DNA of 64,000 bases from assembly GCA_964016885.1 (NCBI GenBank), contig OZ024740.1:181970001-182034000 (forward strand), written 5' to 3'. The notes beneath the pieces are model-generated. The model was given only the letters and a program-made list of their open reading frames with translations. It was not told the DNA's origin and ran no database searches. The DNA is from Eledone cirrhosa (taxonomy: Eukaryota). The translations under genes were made by a program, and so were the position numbers. This document shows, piece after piece, positions 13,081 to 26,085 of this stretch. How positions within the stretch are numbered: the first letter of the stretch is position 1; each line of letters begins with the position of its first letter.

Positions 13081-13739
13081 ACTAGATATTTGCAATATCG
13101 GATTTATTTATTTTGTACTAGAGTTTTATAAGCATAGATTACTTTAAGAAAGGGTTTTAAAACATGAAAAGCTTCTTTCTACCAAAAGGCTCAGTAAAAT
13201 AAAATAACCTTGAACTCAGTTCATCATCATCATCATCATCGTTTACATAGTTATTATTGGCTTGACTTATCATCATGTACCCTCCCCCATCTGCTTGCAC
13301 TCCCTAACAGCTATTTCACACCATCATTACACCACTCACACCAGTACTCACTCCTTAGCTGTTGCCCCCTCAAATGCTTTTAGACTCCCTCACTCTTCAC
13401 ACACTAGTAGCCACTCTGCTCACTCTTATGTACCCCATCTTTTCCACTTCCACAAGCACTCTCTAGCAGCTATCCTCATCATTACTACATACCTCTATTC
13501 TATCCATGTCTCTCCTGTACTCTTCCTTTAGCTGCTGTTTCACCCACCCAAAACCAATAGATACCCTCACTATGGCATCCTAGTAGCTACTCTCTGCACC
13601 TAATCTATACTCCACTACTATCATTCATTAGCTATTCTCTCCATCACTACACCTCCCATTTCTGGCACTGGTGAGTACTATATCCAGCATTTCAGTGTTG
13701 TCATCTCTATGAAAAAAAATGTTTAGAGGACATTTCAGT

Positions 13740-14068
13740 CATGCCATAGTACAGCAACTTCTCTAGTATTGGTGATCTACACAATAAACAAACCCACTAT
13801 ATGCTGTAAAGTGGTTGGTGATAGTGAGGGCATCTATCTATAGAAAGCTTACCAAATAAATGGTTGGGAGGACTATTCAGCTGTGTTGGACATATCAACC
13901 TCTCCTTTACATGTGGTAGAACATGAGACAGTACATGAGATAACAATCCCCTGGCCTATCTTGGAAGTCAGGACACCGTGTCAGTATTAACTTGGTCTAT
14001 GTAGACCTATGCAACCCTTGCTAGCAAGGATAGAGGGTGTTAAAATGCTGCTGCTGGTGATGATGATG
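13740..14068 (+). mobile_element. RTE-related 3'-end repeat (older subfamily)
   Basis: CTGTAAAGTGGTTGGTGATAG..GCATC and CCCTTGCTAGC..GTTAAAATG..(GAT)n, shared with 21405-21805 (+) and 46115-46380 (-). Confidence 0.6.
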
Positions 14069-14398
14069 AATGTGGATGTGGCTTTTTGTTGGATTTCTCC
14101 ATGAGTAACCCTCAGATGTCTCTTTCTCCTCCCTATGGGAAATTTTCTTTTTCTTTAATTTTACCAGTTGTGGTTTTCGTTATATTTTTACACAAGTATA
14201 TATCCTCCCATAATTGCTCTTGTAATGTGATGGATGTTTTGAGTTATCTTGTTTGATGATACCATTGTTTTGCATATTCTCTTACAAAATTCTTCTACAT
14301 TACATGTTGTTGGTGCTGCACCGATATATAATTTTATCACAAATCTGCATGTACACACATACACACACGCATGCACGCACACACATGTGCACACACAT

Positions 14399-14460
<62 letters not shown>

Positions 14461-14581
14461 TAACATTTTAGCTCCAAAATAGCTGTATACACACAAGTAC
14501 GTGAATTTTATTTATTTAATGATATAAGGTATGTTGAATAAAAACATTTGGAAATCCTTCTAGCTATGAATTTTGAAGCAG

Positions 14582-14620
14582 TGTTCTGATGACGGCCACA
14601 GCTAGAAATGCACATTGACA
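14582..14620 (+). ncRNA. Decayed minimal hammerhead ribozyme motif within a fold-back (14530-14724)
   Basis: TGTT-CTGATGA-CGGC(CACA)GCTA-GAAA-TGCACA-TT-GACA; stem I 4 bp with one G-U. Confidence 0.5.
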
Positions 14621-15116
14621 GTTGTCCAACTTTGCTTCTGCTGGAATCCGCCAGATGATGCTAGCTGTCAGCATTTCAATATTCATAGCTAGAAGGTTTT
14701 CTAAATGCTTATTTATTAAATATATATATATATATTTATAGATATACATATTTTTGTGTTATAGGGTGTTGCTAATTGGGAACTCGGGCTGTGTTTATGT
14801 CACTCCAAACAAGAAAACCACAGGTCAATCTCCATACCATTACATTGTGGTGCTTTACCTCTGGATTACATATGAATTACCTAATGTACCATCTGAAGAC
14901 AGTATGTTATCGATTGAATCATGGTATCATGATGTAACTAATTCACCACAAAAATACAAATCATGCCTATTGCATAAGTAAAGAAGTTATGAAATCTAGC
15001 CTTCATTGGTATGGAGATGTGATGCACATAGAAGATAGCAGCTGCATATCAGTAGTGACTTTGTCTGTAGAGACCCATCCAACACTTGCTAGCAGTGTAG
15101 GTGGACGTTAAAACAA

Positions 15117-15159
<43 letters not shown>

Positions 15160-15637
15160 TATACATAGAGAGAGAGAGAAAATTAAATGTTACAGAAAAC
15201 AATACCAATATCTTCAACAAATATATTTAATGGGTTACAATTGTTTCGAAAATTATATTAACATTCTGCACATACAGATGAAAATTATCGATTATATAAT
15301 CGATAAGAGCAAATGATAATAAAAAGAAACGATTATTATATTTATATATGTGTGTGTACATGATAAAAGCACCTAGTCTACTCTGTAAGGAAGTAGCACT
15401 GGGGCAAACAAAAGTAATCACTCTCCCCTGTAAATTGATAGTAGTAGTGCCATAAGCATAATAAAATGAACCAAGTACACACTCTTAAAGTACATACTGT
15501 TGGCATTAGGAAAGGTATTCAGCTTTAAAAACCAAATCCAAAATAGTAGATTCAAGTTTGGCATGGTCCTCTGCCTAGTCTAGCAACAAGTGACACCCCA
15601 TCTATTCCATGCAAGTATGAAAAATAGATAGATGTTA

Positions 15638-15818
15638 ATAATTGTTTCTACTTTTGGCACAAGGCCAGTAATTTTTTCAGTGCATTACTGGTACTTCATT
15701 TCATCAAGGATGAAAGGCAAGGTTAACCTTGGCTGGATTTGAACACAAACCAAAAAGGGTTGTAACTATACTGCAAAGCATGGTGTCTGACCCTCTACCG
15801 ATACTGCCACCCACCGCC
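15638..15818 (-). mobile_element. tRNA-derived SINE (Meta-type) with TSD
   Basis: Reverse-complement copy; TAGATGTTAATAAT on both sides. Confidence 0.85.
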
Positions 15819-15879
15819 CTTTAGATGTTAATAATGATGATTATTTATATATATTATCATCATCATCGTTTAACGTCTA

Positions 15880-15959
<80 letters not shown>

Positions 15960-16079
15960 ATGCTAGCGTGGAAGATAGATGTTAAACGATGATGATGATC
16001 ATGATGATGATGATATATATACACAAAATATTAAATATATACACAAAATATTTTAAACAATCAGTTTAATACATTTATT

Positions 16080-16126
16080 TGCTGACAATTGTTTCTTCCA
16101 GAGGGATGTTTGGTATCATCAGAGCA
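16080..16126 (-). ncRNA. Minimal type-I hammerhead ribozyme motif
   Basis: Minus strand: TGCT-CTGATGA-TACCA(10 nt)TGGAA-GAAA-CAATTG-TC-AGCA then AATAAA. Confidence 0.65.
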
Positions 16127-16738
16127 TAGAAAATATTTAAGCAGGTGATTAAAATCCTAGTCTTCAGAACATTTAGGAAGATACATAACTGTGGTCAGTG
16201 GCATAGACATCATAGAGAAAATCGGGAGTTAAACAAGAATGTTATGCTTCAGAAAACATAATTACAAGGAGCAATGGTGAAAATTGAAAAATAAGCATAT
16301 TATGTATAAAGGTATTATTTAATGTAATATATGTGCAAAAGGTACAAGTAAAAAAAAAGCAACAAGCAAAAAAACTGTAAGGTAGATATCATAGCATTGG
16401 AAATCCAGTAATCAATAAGCCATGTATGAGGTAAGAGTTATATTATAACTGAAATAAGCATATTTCATGTAGAATGTAAAATCTTGTTACAGGTGTTATA
16501 AATGTTTAAATTTAAAAAAAAGGCGTGCTATATGGTAGAGAGACATGTGGTGATAAAATCTATATATGTTATGTATTTATAATTGTATATTAAACATATA
16601 TAAGTATAAATATTATTATTATTACTATATATATATATATCATCATCATCATCATCATCATAATCGTTTAACGTCCATGTTCCACGCTTGCATGGGTTTG
16701 GACGGGAGTTTTCCTACTTGAGGCAAGAGTGGTTGTCT

Positions 16739-16775
<37 letters not shown>

Positions 16776-16778
<3 letters not shown>

Positions 16779-17215
16779 TCAATATTATTAATAAATGGAA
16801 GCTATCTTCATAAAACCATATTTATTTTATTATATATATTTCAAGGATACCAAAAGTTTGGTACGCACTCATCAGGTAAAATAAAAAAGTTGGTTTACAG
16901 ATAGTGACATATTCAGACAACAAATTAATGTTGTGAGTTCTATTTGAATAGTCACTTTTCAAATAGAACTCACAACATTAAGTTCTTGTCTGAATATGTC
17001 ACTATCTGTAAACCAACTTTTGTATTTTATCTGATGATGGCATACCAAAATTTTGGTATCCTTGAAATATATATAATAAAATAAATATCGTTTTATAAAG
17101 ATAAATTCCATTTATTAATATTATTGATATTATACTCCAGAAGAATTGTGTTGAGTGCTTCTAATCTGTTATAAAATTAAATTTGTTGAATAATCAACAA
17201 ATGAAATAACTCATT
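16776..17215. mobile_element. 177-bp-arm palindromic element with one-sided extension, flanked by (TA)n; Penelope-like inverted pseudo-LTR
   Basis: 16776-16952 is the reverse complement of 16954-17130; each arm carries a hammerhead motif; unpaired tail to ~17215. Confidence 0.75.
17023..17083 (+). ncRNA. Minimal type-I hammerhead ribozyme motif
   Basis: TATTTTAT-CTGATGA-stem II (ATACCAAAATTTTGGTAT)-GAAA-TATATA-TA-ATAAAATA: perfect 8-bp stem I; mirror copy on the minus strand at ~16823-16883. Confidence 0.68.
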
Positions 17216-17218
17216 GCT

Positions 17219-17270
<52 letters not shown>

Positions 17271-17472
17271 AATATAATTTCAGCGAGATCGTATTTCGGC
17301 TGTGGTCAAAAACAAAGCGGAATGCAATTTTCGAGATATGCAGCAAGCACTCAATGGACTAAAATAAGACCAGAGCAATTAACATATGTTATAGAGGCCA
17401 TACAAACTGAAAACGGCGGTCGTGAGTCACTGGAGCAAAAAAAACGAAGCAAGCTAAACAGGTTAACAAAAG

Positions 17473-17509
<37 letters not shown>

Positions 17510-17689
17510 TAGATATCTATGAAAATCAATATTTGAAAGTGTGTTTAGATCATTTATGATGTGTAATGATTTGTTCCTGACATATCTGGTATACAGTATA
17601 TGTGTGATTATAAAAATCCAAATGCTTTTGTATCATACAATACTGCAAACTCTATGTGATTTTGTTCCCAGCGATATCATTGGTTACTT

Positions 17690-19613
17690 CTGTATTGTCA
17701 ATACATAATAAAGTGTATTCTTGTGTTTGGTCTTGTATCTTTATTAACATTGTGTTGAAATGATTTTTATGTGGTTTAACAGAAAATCAAACATTGTCAG
17801 TTGGTATGATTGATTGGTATTCCCTTGATTGATTGATTGTGGTACTAATTGAAAAAAACAAATGTCCACTAGTTGAATCCTAAATTGAAATATTTGACCC
17901 AAGTATCAACACTGAGAGTAAGTAGAATGTCAGAGAAGGAGGTTCCATTATATCTATGATATATCTAGAAATAATAACAATGGTTCTTGAAGTGTATGGG
18001 ACTATTTCACATATATATCATTTATGTCAGTTTTGTAAAACTAAATCTACAGTATCTTTGAACAGATTTCATATATTGATGTGTGTATGTGAGTGTATGT
18101 GTGTATATGTTTAAAAAAGGAAGGCATGAAACATGTTTATGGGAATTAATTGAAATTTCATATATGAGAAAATAATGTAACAAAAGACCAGTTTAATATA
18201 TGTCATATATTTACAAATAATTATTTGATAATTTCTGTATGTTTGCATTATTATTCAAACATAATACACACACACAGCAAGATATGTTTTAAGCGGAAGA
18301 AAACTGGTTTGTCTCTATGAAGTAATGTATCTTAAATTCCTTCTCAATAATAATGGTTTCTGATTTAGGCACAAGGCCAACAATCTTTGGGGAAAGGGAA
18401 AGTCGATTAGTGCATTATGATACTTTATGTTATTGACCCTGTAAGGATGAAAGACAAAGCTGACCTTGGCGGGATTTGAACTCATAATGTAAAGGACCAT
18501 AACTATATGTCTCTAAGCATGTTGTCCAACGCTATACTGATTCTGCCAATCCAATAACAAATACTGTATGCATTTATCAAACTCACTTCATTATTAAGGA
18601 ACCATTATTATTATTTTTATGTTTTATATATTTTTTTATATATTTTTTATATGGATATAATTATTTGATTGGCAGAATCAGTATAGCATTGGACAACATG
18701 CTTAGAGGAATAGAGTTATCACCCTTTACCTTCAGTTTTACAGCGTCAATAAAATAAAGTACCAGTAATGCACTGGGTTTGATTTAATTGACTTTCCATT
18801 TCCCCAAAAATGGTTAGCCTCATGTCTAAAACAGAAACCTTTATTATTGAGCGGGAATTTAAGAAAAAGTTCTTCACAGAGACGGACCAGTTTTCTTCCG
18901 CTTAAAAGTTATTTTGTTGAGTGTGCATATTATGTTTGAATAATAATGCAAACCTACAGAAATTATCAAGTAGTTATTTGTTAATATATGCCATATATTA
19001 AACTGGTCTTTAGTTACATTGTTTTCTTATAAATATATGAAATTTCAATTAATTCCCGAAAACATGTTTCATGCCTTCCTTTTTTAAACATACACACACA
19101 TACCAAATGCATTTATCAAATGCACTTCCTTATTAAGGTAACCATTACTATTATTTTTATGTTTTTTATATTTTTGTATTTATGCATATAAGTATTGATG
19201 TTAATTATGATATACAAAAATATTTGTGCATGGCATATATGTGTTGTCAATACATAAAGTATTTTTGTGTTTGGTTTGGTATCTTTATCAAAATTGTGTT
19301 GAAACACTTTCTACATCATGCATTGTGGTGTAACAGAAAATCAAATGTGATACATTGTCAGTTGTTATGATTGATTGGTATTACCTTGACATTGACCCTT
19401 TCATTGTGGTATTAATTAAAAATAATAAATGTCCACTAGTTGTATCCTAAATTGAAATATTTGACCCAAGTAAATATATGAACAGTCAGAGTAAGTAGAA
19501 TGTCAACGAAAGTGGTTCCATTATATCTATGATATATCTAGAAATAACAGCAATGGTTCTTTAAGTATATGGGCCTATTTTACATATATATAATCTATGT
19601 CAGACTTGTAGAA
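17690..19613. repeat. Local duplication/inversion A-B-C-B'-C-A
   Basis: A 17690-18040 ~ 19240-19613 (direct); B 18090-18557 ~ revcomp 18661-19102 (includes a SINE); C 18568-18650 ~ 19108-19190 (direct). Confidence 0.85.
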
Positions 19614-22600
19614 TATGAGTGATAGGTGTCTTAGTGATTATATATCATCATCATCATCATCATTTTTATGTCCGCCTTTCTATGCTTGCATGGGTTGGAC
19701 AATATATATATATATATATTCCTCTAAATACTTAACTTGTTTCTACCTGTTTGTTTATGTCCCAATGTGCACTGGAATGACTGGTCACAACCTTAATATA
19801 CTGAAACCATAGTGATCTCCAGATGTTGACTCAGGAGATGGGACTGTCCATCTTTCCATTGTTTGTTCCTGTGCACACTTATTTTGAATTTATATTCTAA
19901 AGTCTTAGTGAAGCTGGCTTTCTTTGAAACTATATATATGCAAGGAAGAAATGACCTATAAGAATAGCACATCTTTTGAAATTATCAAAATTTCCTTATG
20001 TACAGAAGAAATGTAAATCTGGTTTATTAGAATCGGTACAACATATTCCTGTGCATCATATGAGTCATGTAAATGGTTTGGCACCAGGAATGACATCTGA
20101 CAGTAAAACTTTACCTCAAAACGTCCTGCCCATTCTATGCCAGCATGGAAAAATAGATATAAATATTATGATGAGAGAGATGGTGTTTGTAGTGTTTAGT
20201 GATTGAAGCACTGGCTGCAGAAATAGTCTTTGTTTATTGGAGATTTATATATCATAAATTATAAGACATGCCACAGAAGACTTCTCTTTTGCTTTTGGTG
20301 TTTCTCACATGAGAATCTATATGAATGGTTATCAGTTTCTTGTGACTTTCGTACTCTCTGACTATCTTTCTACTTGTACCACTTTCTCCCACCGTTTGAT
20401 TGCCAGCCAATTAGAACTAATGCTATTTAGCATCTTACTCAGCACAACAGGAGGAAGGAATACAAGCTCATAATTGTCTATTCTGAAATGTTAACACAAT
20501 TCTATGAGATCCCTCAATATATTTGATTAAAGATTCTTCAAAGACCACCTGCAATTTCATATTGAAATAATAATACACCCTGTCAAACAATAAAATTGGA
20601 AAGGGTTGTCTTGTCAGGTAAGAAAAGAAGTTGTATAATTTGGTGCGACAAATACAGATAGAGAGGAAAGTTATTCTTACTCAGAATAAAAATGTAAAAT
20701 TATGAAAAATTGTTATATATTTAGTAGGTTACTATCAAGCTAATGTTATTGAAATTTGCATTGTTGGCAATTTCTTATAGCTCAGCAGTCTGCTTCATTT
20801 GAGAGTTATGTTTGTTTATGATGAACACAAGGAATTGTTTTTAACAGGATACAAACACAACTGATTCAGCATCTATCAATCTGGATAAATGGTTATATCT
20901 ATATAATAATTTTTTGTTGTTGATGTTATTGTTAAAGCCCCAGTCCAGCTCTGATTGAACAAATATATGATTAAAGCTATTCCAACCATGCCCATTTGAT
21001 ATTATTGCATATCCATGAAGGTATTATCGAATGGATGTTTCCTTTTATTCAAGATGGTAGGGTATGATTTGGCTGCTAATTTTTAAGTATTTCTTGGTAT
21101 GTTTTGTAACGATATAACTGTTATAATGGATGCAGGCCTGATTAAGGAATTTGTTTCAAAAATATGTGATTCCAAAAATAAATCCTACTGTGATGTACCA
21201 TTAGCAAATATTATCTACCACAGGCTCTTGTTCCCTCAAAGCCTTGTGGGTGAACAGATAGCACAGAAACTGTTAGGTTATACCTGCTTTTATGTGGTTA
21301 ACACCACAAATTGGGCGTTTGAATGCTTCTTTAGGGTATACTCTATTGCAAGCATTTAAACTGGAGACAATAGCCCCTCTTTGTAGGTAATTTACGCAAT
21401 AAACATGCACAGTACACTCTGTAAAGTGGTTGGTGATAGTAAAGGCATCCAGCTATCAAAAGCTTGCCTAACAAACGACAAGGGGAACCCCTTAGTCATG
21501 TCAAGGACATGACAGTCTCCTTATTGTCCGTGACTTACACAATAAATGCACCCTGTACATGTTATAAAGTGGTTGGTGATAAAAACTGCATCCAGCGATA
21601 AAAACGTTTGTCAAACAAAGTGTTTGGAGGACCCTCAGTGGTATCAAAGACCATTCCTATGCACTTGGCAGATCTGAAACAGTACATAAGCAAGATGCTG
21701 ATCCGTGGCCTGTCTGGGAGATCAGAAGCCCCACTTCAGTACTGACTTGGCCCATGTAGACATGGCCAAACCTTGCTAGGAGGAAAAGCAGACACTAACG
21801 CAATGATGTTACTTCCAGTTGCAGCAGAGCAGCCACTCAACATGATAGAAATAACAATAAATTCTCTTTCAAATTGCATCCTAACGTCTCCACAACTGGA
21901 TAAAACTGAATGACTCAGCCTGGAACACAAAAATGTGTGTGAGAGACTGATAAATGTTAAACAACAACAACAACGATAACAGCCCATAAGTAAGAGTTTC
22001 TTTCATCTTAGTCCACCTACAAGTCTTAAAGGCCTTAGAAAGATCATGGGTGTTGTCCTTCTTCTTCTGACTAACACCATCATCATCGTTATAATCCCCA
22101 TTTAGCATATATTTTCCTTGCTTGCATGGTTTATTGAATATCTTAATTATTCAGCACTCAATTTCCACTCATAATAGAATCCTTCTATTATAATTGCATT
22201 CACTTCTTAAATGCATTATAGATATATAAATTAATTCCAGTATTTGATTATTGCTTTATTTTATCAACCCAAGGACAAAAAATAAAAGCAGGTAACTTTG
22301 GGAATATTTGAACTCCAAGTGTAAAGCCCATAATTAAATACCACAATGCCGTTTTTTTACATTAACAATTATCCTAATCTGTTGTTCTGACTTAGAGCTA
22401 CATAGACGTAGCTAGCCTCTTCTGAGATTAGAACTGCTACATTATTTTATGGTGTTTTAATGAGGGGTGATGACAGTTTTATCATGTAAATATTTTTCTA
22501 GTGACATGTGGGGACATTTGAACTCAAATGCACAGAGTCAGAACAGATACTGCAAGGCATCTATCCGAAGTTCGAAATGTTCTCCAATACATCACTCTGG

Positions 22601-23459
22601 AATACTAACTGATATTTTATTTACTCCAAAAAGATGAAAGGCAAAGTTTGCATCAGTAGGATTTGAACTGAGAGTCAGAACAAACACTACAAGGCATTTA
22701 ATCACAAATTCTAATGACTTTGCCAATTCACTATCTCTCTTAGTACAGAGATTTAAACAAAAGTAATGTTTGTGATGAAAACAAGTCTTATTTGCCCATT
22801 ACCACTCTGACCCAAGCAGCCCGGTAATATTATTTATAGAGAATGTCTTGGTATTGATCAATATAATAATAGTGAGAATCCTTCTGGGATATGAAATATA
22901 AGATATGAAATAAATGAATAATAATAAGAAAGAATTTCTAGTTGAGTTGTTGTAAACAGATTTATCTTCTTGTTTTAAATGTTTACTGAAATAATTAGTG
23001 CCAACTGAAGAAATTCTGGTAGTAGCAGTTAATGCAACCTTAAAATTAAATTTTTATACATTGGCTATGAAGAAAATTTAATTACCTTTCCAGTATAATC
23101 ATATTTGTAGTTCAATGAGGAGAAATTAGCTTCAGTTTTGCAATATATCACCCACATACCCACACATACATACATAAACGCATGTAGACACACACACATA
23201 TATATATACACATACATATATTGATGAGCGTTTTATGTATAACCAACCCTACATAAAGACAGATGAACATTGAAGCCTCAATACAAAGAAATAGAGTAGA
23301 GAATTTATTGTTACAAGAAAAAGATTCATAGTGACTTTGCAGTTTGGTGCGTGTTTGGTTTTATCACACCTGAATATGTATGCCTGTGTCAGTGAGAATA
23401 ATGCAAACATTGCAATGAAAATGTTGATACTGATAAATAAATAAATTTCTTGTTCACAT

Positions 23460-24720
23460 TGCCTCTCGCCAATCACCTCACTGAATTTGATGCCACCATC
23501 TGACACTGTGCAGAACTCATCTGTTGCAATGTCAGTTTCGACAGCACCAGCTGGCAACAGGCAAAGTGGCCAGTGATGTTGGGTAGTCTCGGCCTCCAAT
23601 TCACATCAGATCTGGCACTGCTGACCTACCTCTCCCCAATCTGCTCCAGTTGCGCCCACATCAACAAAGTCCTCAGCATGACGGCAGTAACTGAGGTGAC
23701 CCAAGAACTGGAGCAGACGCTGACTGACTGGACAAGCAAAAGGCCTTCTGTCCTCCAGTATACAAATGTCCAACATAACTGGGATGACATCAAGTGAAGG
23801 TCTACCTTCAGGTGGATTGCGTCTGGCTTGAACCAACACCACCTTGCCTGCCTCCATTCTGCTTCATAGCCAAACAGTGGTGCATGGCTCAATTTGGTCC
23901 CCTCCTCATCAAATGGTACCTTTCTTGATAAGTGCATGCACATTGGAGTGGTTCAACACCTTGGCCTCCGTGTGTGTAAGCCATATAAATGCCGTTATGG
24001 AGCTGTTATCAATGAGTCCGGCTTGCATCCATTATCATGCTGTAGGATTACAGGCCGGTTCCTCCAACATGCCACTCTCAATGATATAAGGAGAAGAAGG
24101 AGCCTTAATGCAGCTGGCATCCTATCACAACTGGAGCCTTTAGGCCCCAACAGAATTATCCTCGTCCCTTTCAAAGGAGGTAAAATTGTTCTCTGGGATG
24201 CATCATGCGGAGTCACGTTCTCTGCCACCAACTTTGATACCATGGCCACAGACATTGATACCACAGCTTACAACGCAGAGGACAGGAAGACAAGCAAATA
24301 CCAGAGCTTGTCAGGCTGCTTCCTCTATGCACAGCATCAAGATGTCAGGAAATCTCGGACAGCTGACCTTCTTCATAAAATTGGATTGAAAGCTCTCCAT
24401 CTGATGAAAGAGCCCCATGAGGTGGGGTGGCTGTCACAGCAGGTGTCGTTGAACATTGTCTGTGGAAATGCCTTTGCCATTTTGTCTACAGGATGCAGTC
24501 AAAATACGTTTCTGACCTGGGTGAAGAGTCTGTCAGCCTCTCCCCTTCCCCTTTTCTTTCTTCCTTTGTCAAGAGGTCCTTGCTCTTCTCCTCCTTTCCT
24601 CTCATATATGGCATTTATAGTCCTTTCCAAATACTGCTTTCTTTTTCTGTATGTATACTTATATATAACCCTTATTAAGTCCTATCTGGGAAATAAATAA
24701 ATGATAAATATAAAGTGAAT
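23460..24720 (+). mobile_element. CRE-clade non-LTR retrotransposon 3' fragment (RLE domain)
   Basis: LGSLGL, NWDDI, GLRVCKPYKC..GLHPLSC..QHATLND..LEPLG..PFKGGKIVLWDASC..RKTSKY..GNAFAIL; homologous to the 4280-4866 fragment. Confidence 0.8.
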
Positions 24721-26085
24721 TTAATATTTTTTTTTAATGTCTTTTCTTTTCTGACTAAAAAGATTCTCACCTGAATCACTATATATATATATATATATAT
24801 ATTGTCATCATCATTGTTTAACGTCCACTCTCCATGGTAGAACAAGTTATATACATATATAAATATACACTCGCATGGAGTGTATATATATATATGTGCA
24901 GACACAAACTTTTCTTTCGTTCTTCAAACTATAAATAAACTGATAGTGAATAATAATGAGCTATCATTCACCACTTTAGTTTGAAACTTAGGAAGAACAA
25001 AAAACTCATGAAAATTCCTGCTGTTGAAATGTTTTATCTCATATATTGGCATTGTTTATTTGTTGTTCTGTTTTGTCTTGTCCACCCTCAGAATCTTTTG
25101 TTTTTATTTTGCTTATATATGATACTTAACCAAATACACCAATAATAACAATAAGAAATACAAAACAAAAGCAAAAAAAAAAAAAGAACAGTCATTCTTG
25201 GCTCATACAGCTGATAGATTGCAGCAAGACTGCAAGAAGCAAAGAGGTATTATTTTATGAATAGTGTATGAAAAAATAAATAACTAAATTATAATGAAAA
25301 TGGAATGTGGAGGGGGAGAGAAAAGCTGGTTAATTCTTGTAATTCTATACTGACTGATATTGGGATTTTTTTTTCATTGTTGTCGTTTTTTACTCTTTTG
25401 GCTGCATTTGTTTCTTTTTTCTTAATGGGAAAAATCATCACAGCTAGGCACGAAAGATGATGATTGAAGGTTTATTGGAGTTTATCTTTGGTTTAATTTG
25501 GAAATAATAACCAAAACCATTAAATAAATACAGAAATAAAAAAAAATAAATAAACACAAAGAAATGAAAAAACAGATATTAGTTACATTGATTGGAAATA
25601 GATCAAATGTGAAGGTGAATTTAAAAACCAAAAACAAAATAAGGGATAAAACAAAAACAAAACAGAAGAATTCAAAAATGGTGCTGAAATTCAGAATAAA
25701 TATTTTGCCAAAATAGCTGCGAGATTATGATGAAGATTTGATTGATGAGAATGTAAAGACAACAAACAAAGAATTAAATAAATAAATAAAAATATGGTGA
25801 ATTTTACCCCAATATTGTTCCTTTTTAGTTATATTTTATTTTATTTTATGCTTTTTACTTAATTAAGTTTGGTACATAAAAACATAATATACAAATAAGG
25901 AAAATGTACTTTGGTTTCTCGCTGTACAATGTTCCTGAATGTTTTTGTAAGGTAATTTTGATATCTTTTGCAAAACTGTTTTTGCTAACAAATGCAGATG
26001 GTTTATCTTGTCTACCCTTCAATACTGTCAATACAAAAGTTTGATAAAAACTTTTATTTCATATATATATATATATTTATATATA

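Noticed and set aside
14887-14926. TACCAT-CTGAAGA..GAATC-ATGGTA hammerhead-like layout
   Set aside because: No GAAA or stem III; cannot be distinguished from chance
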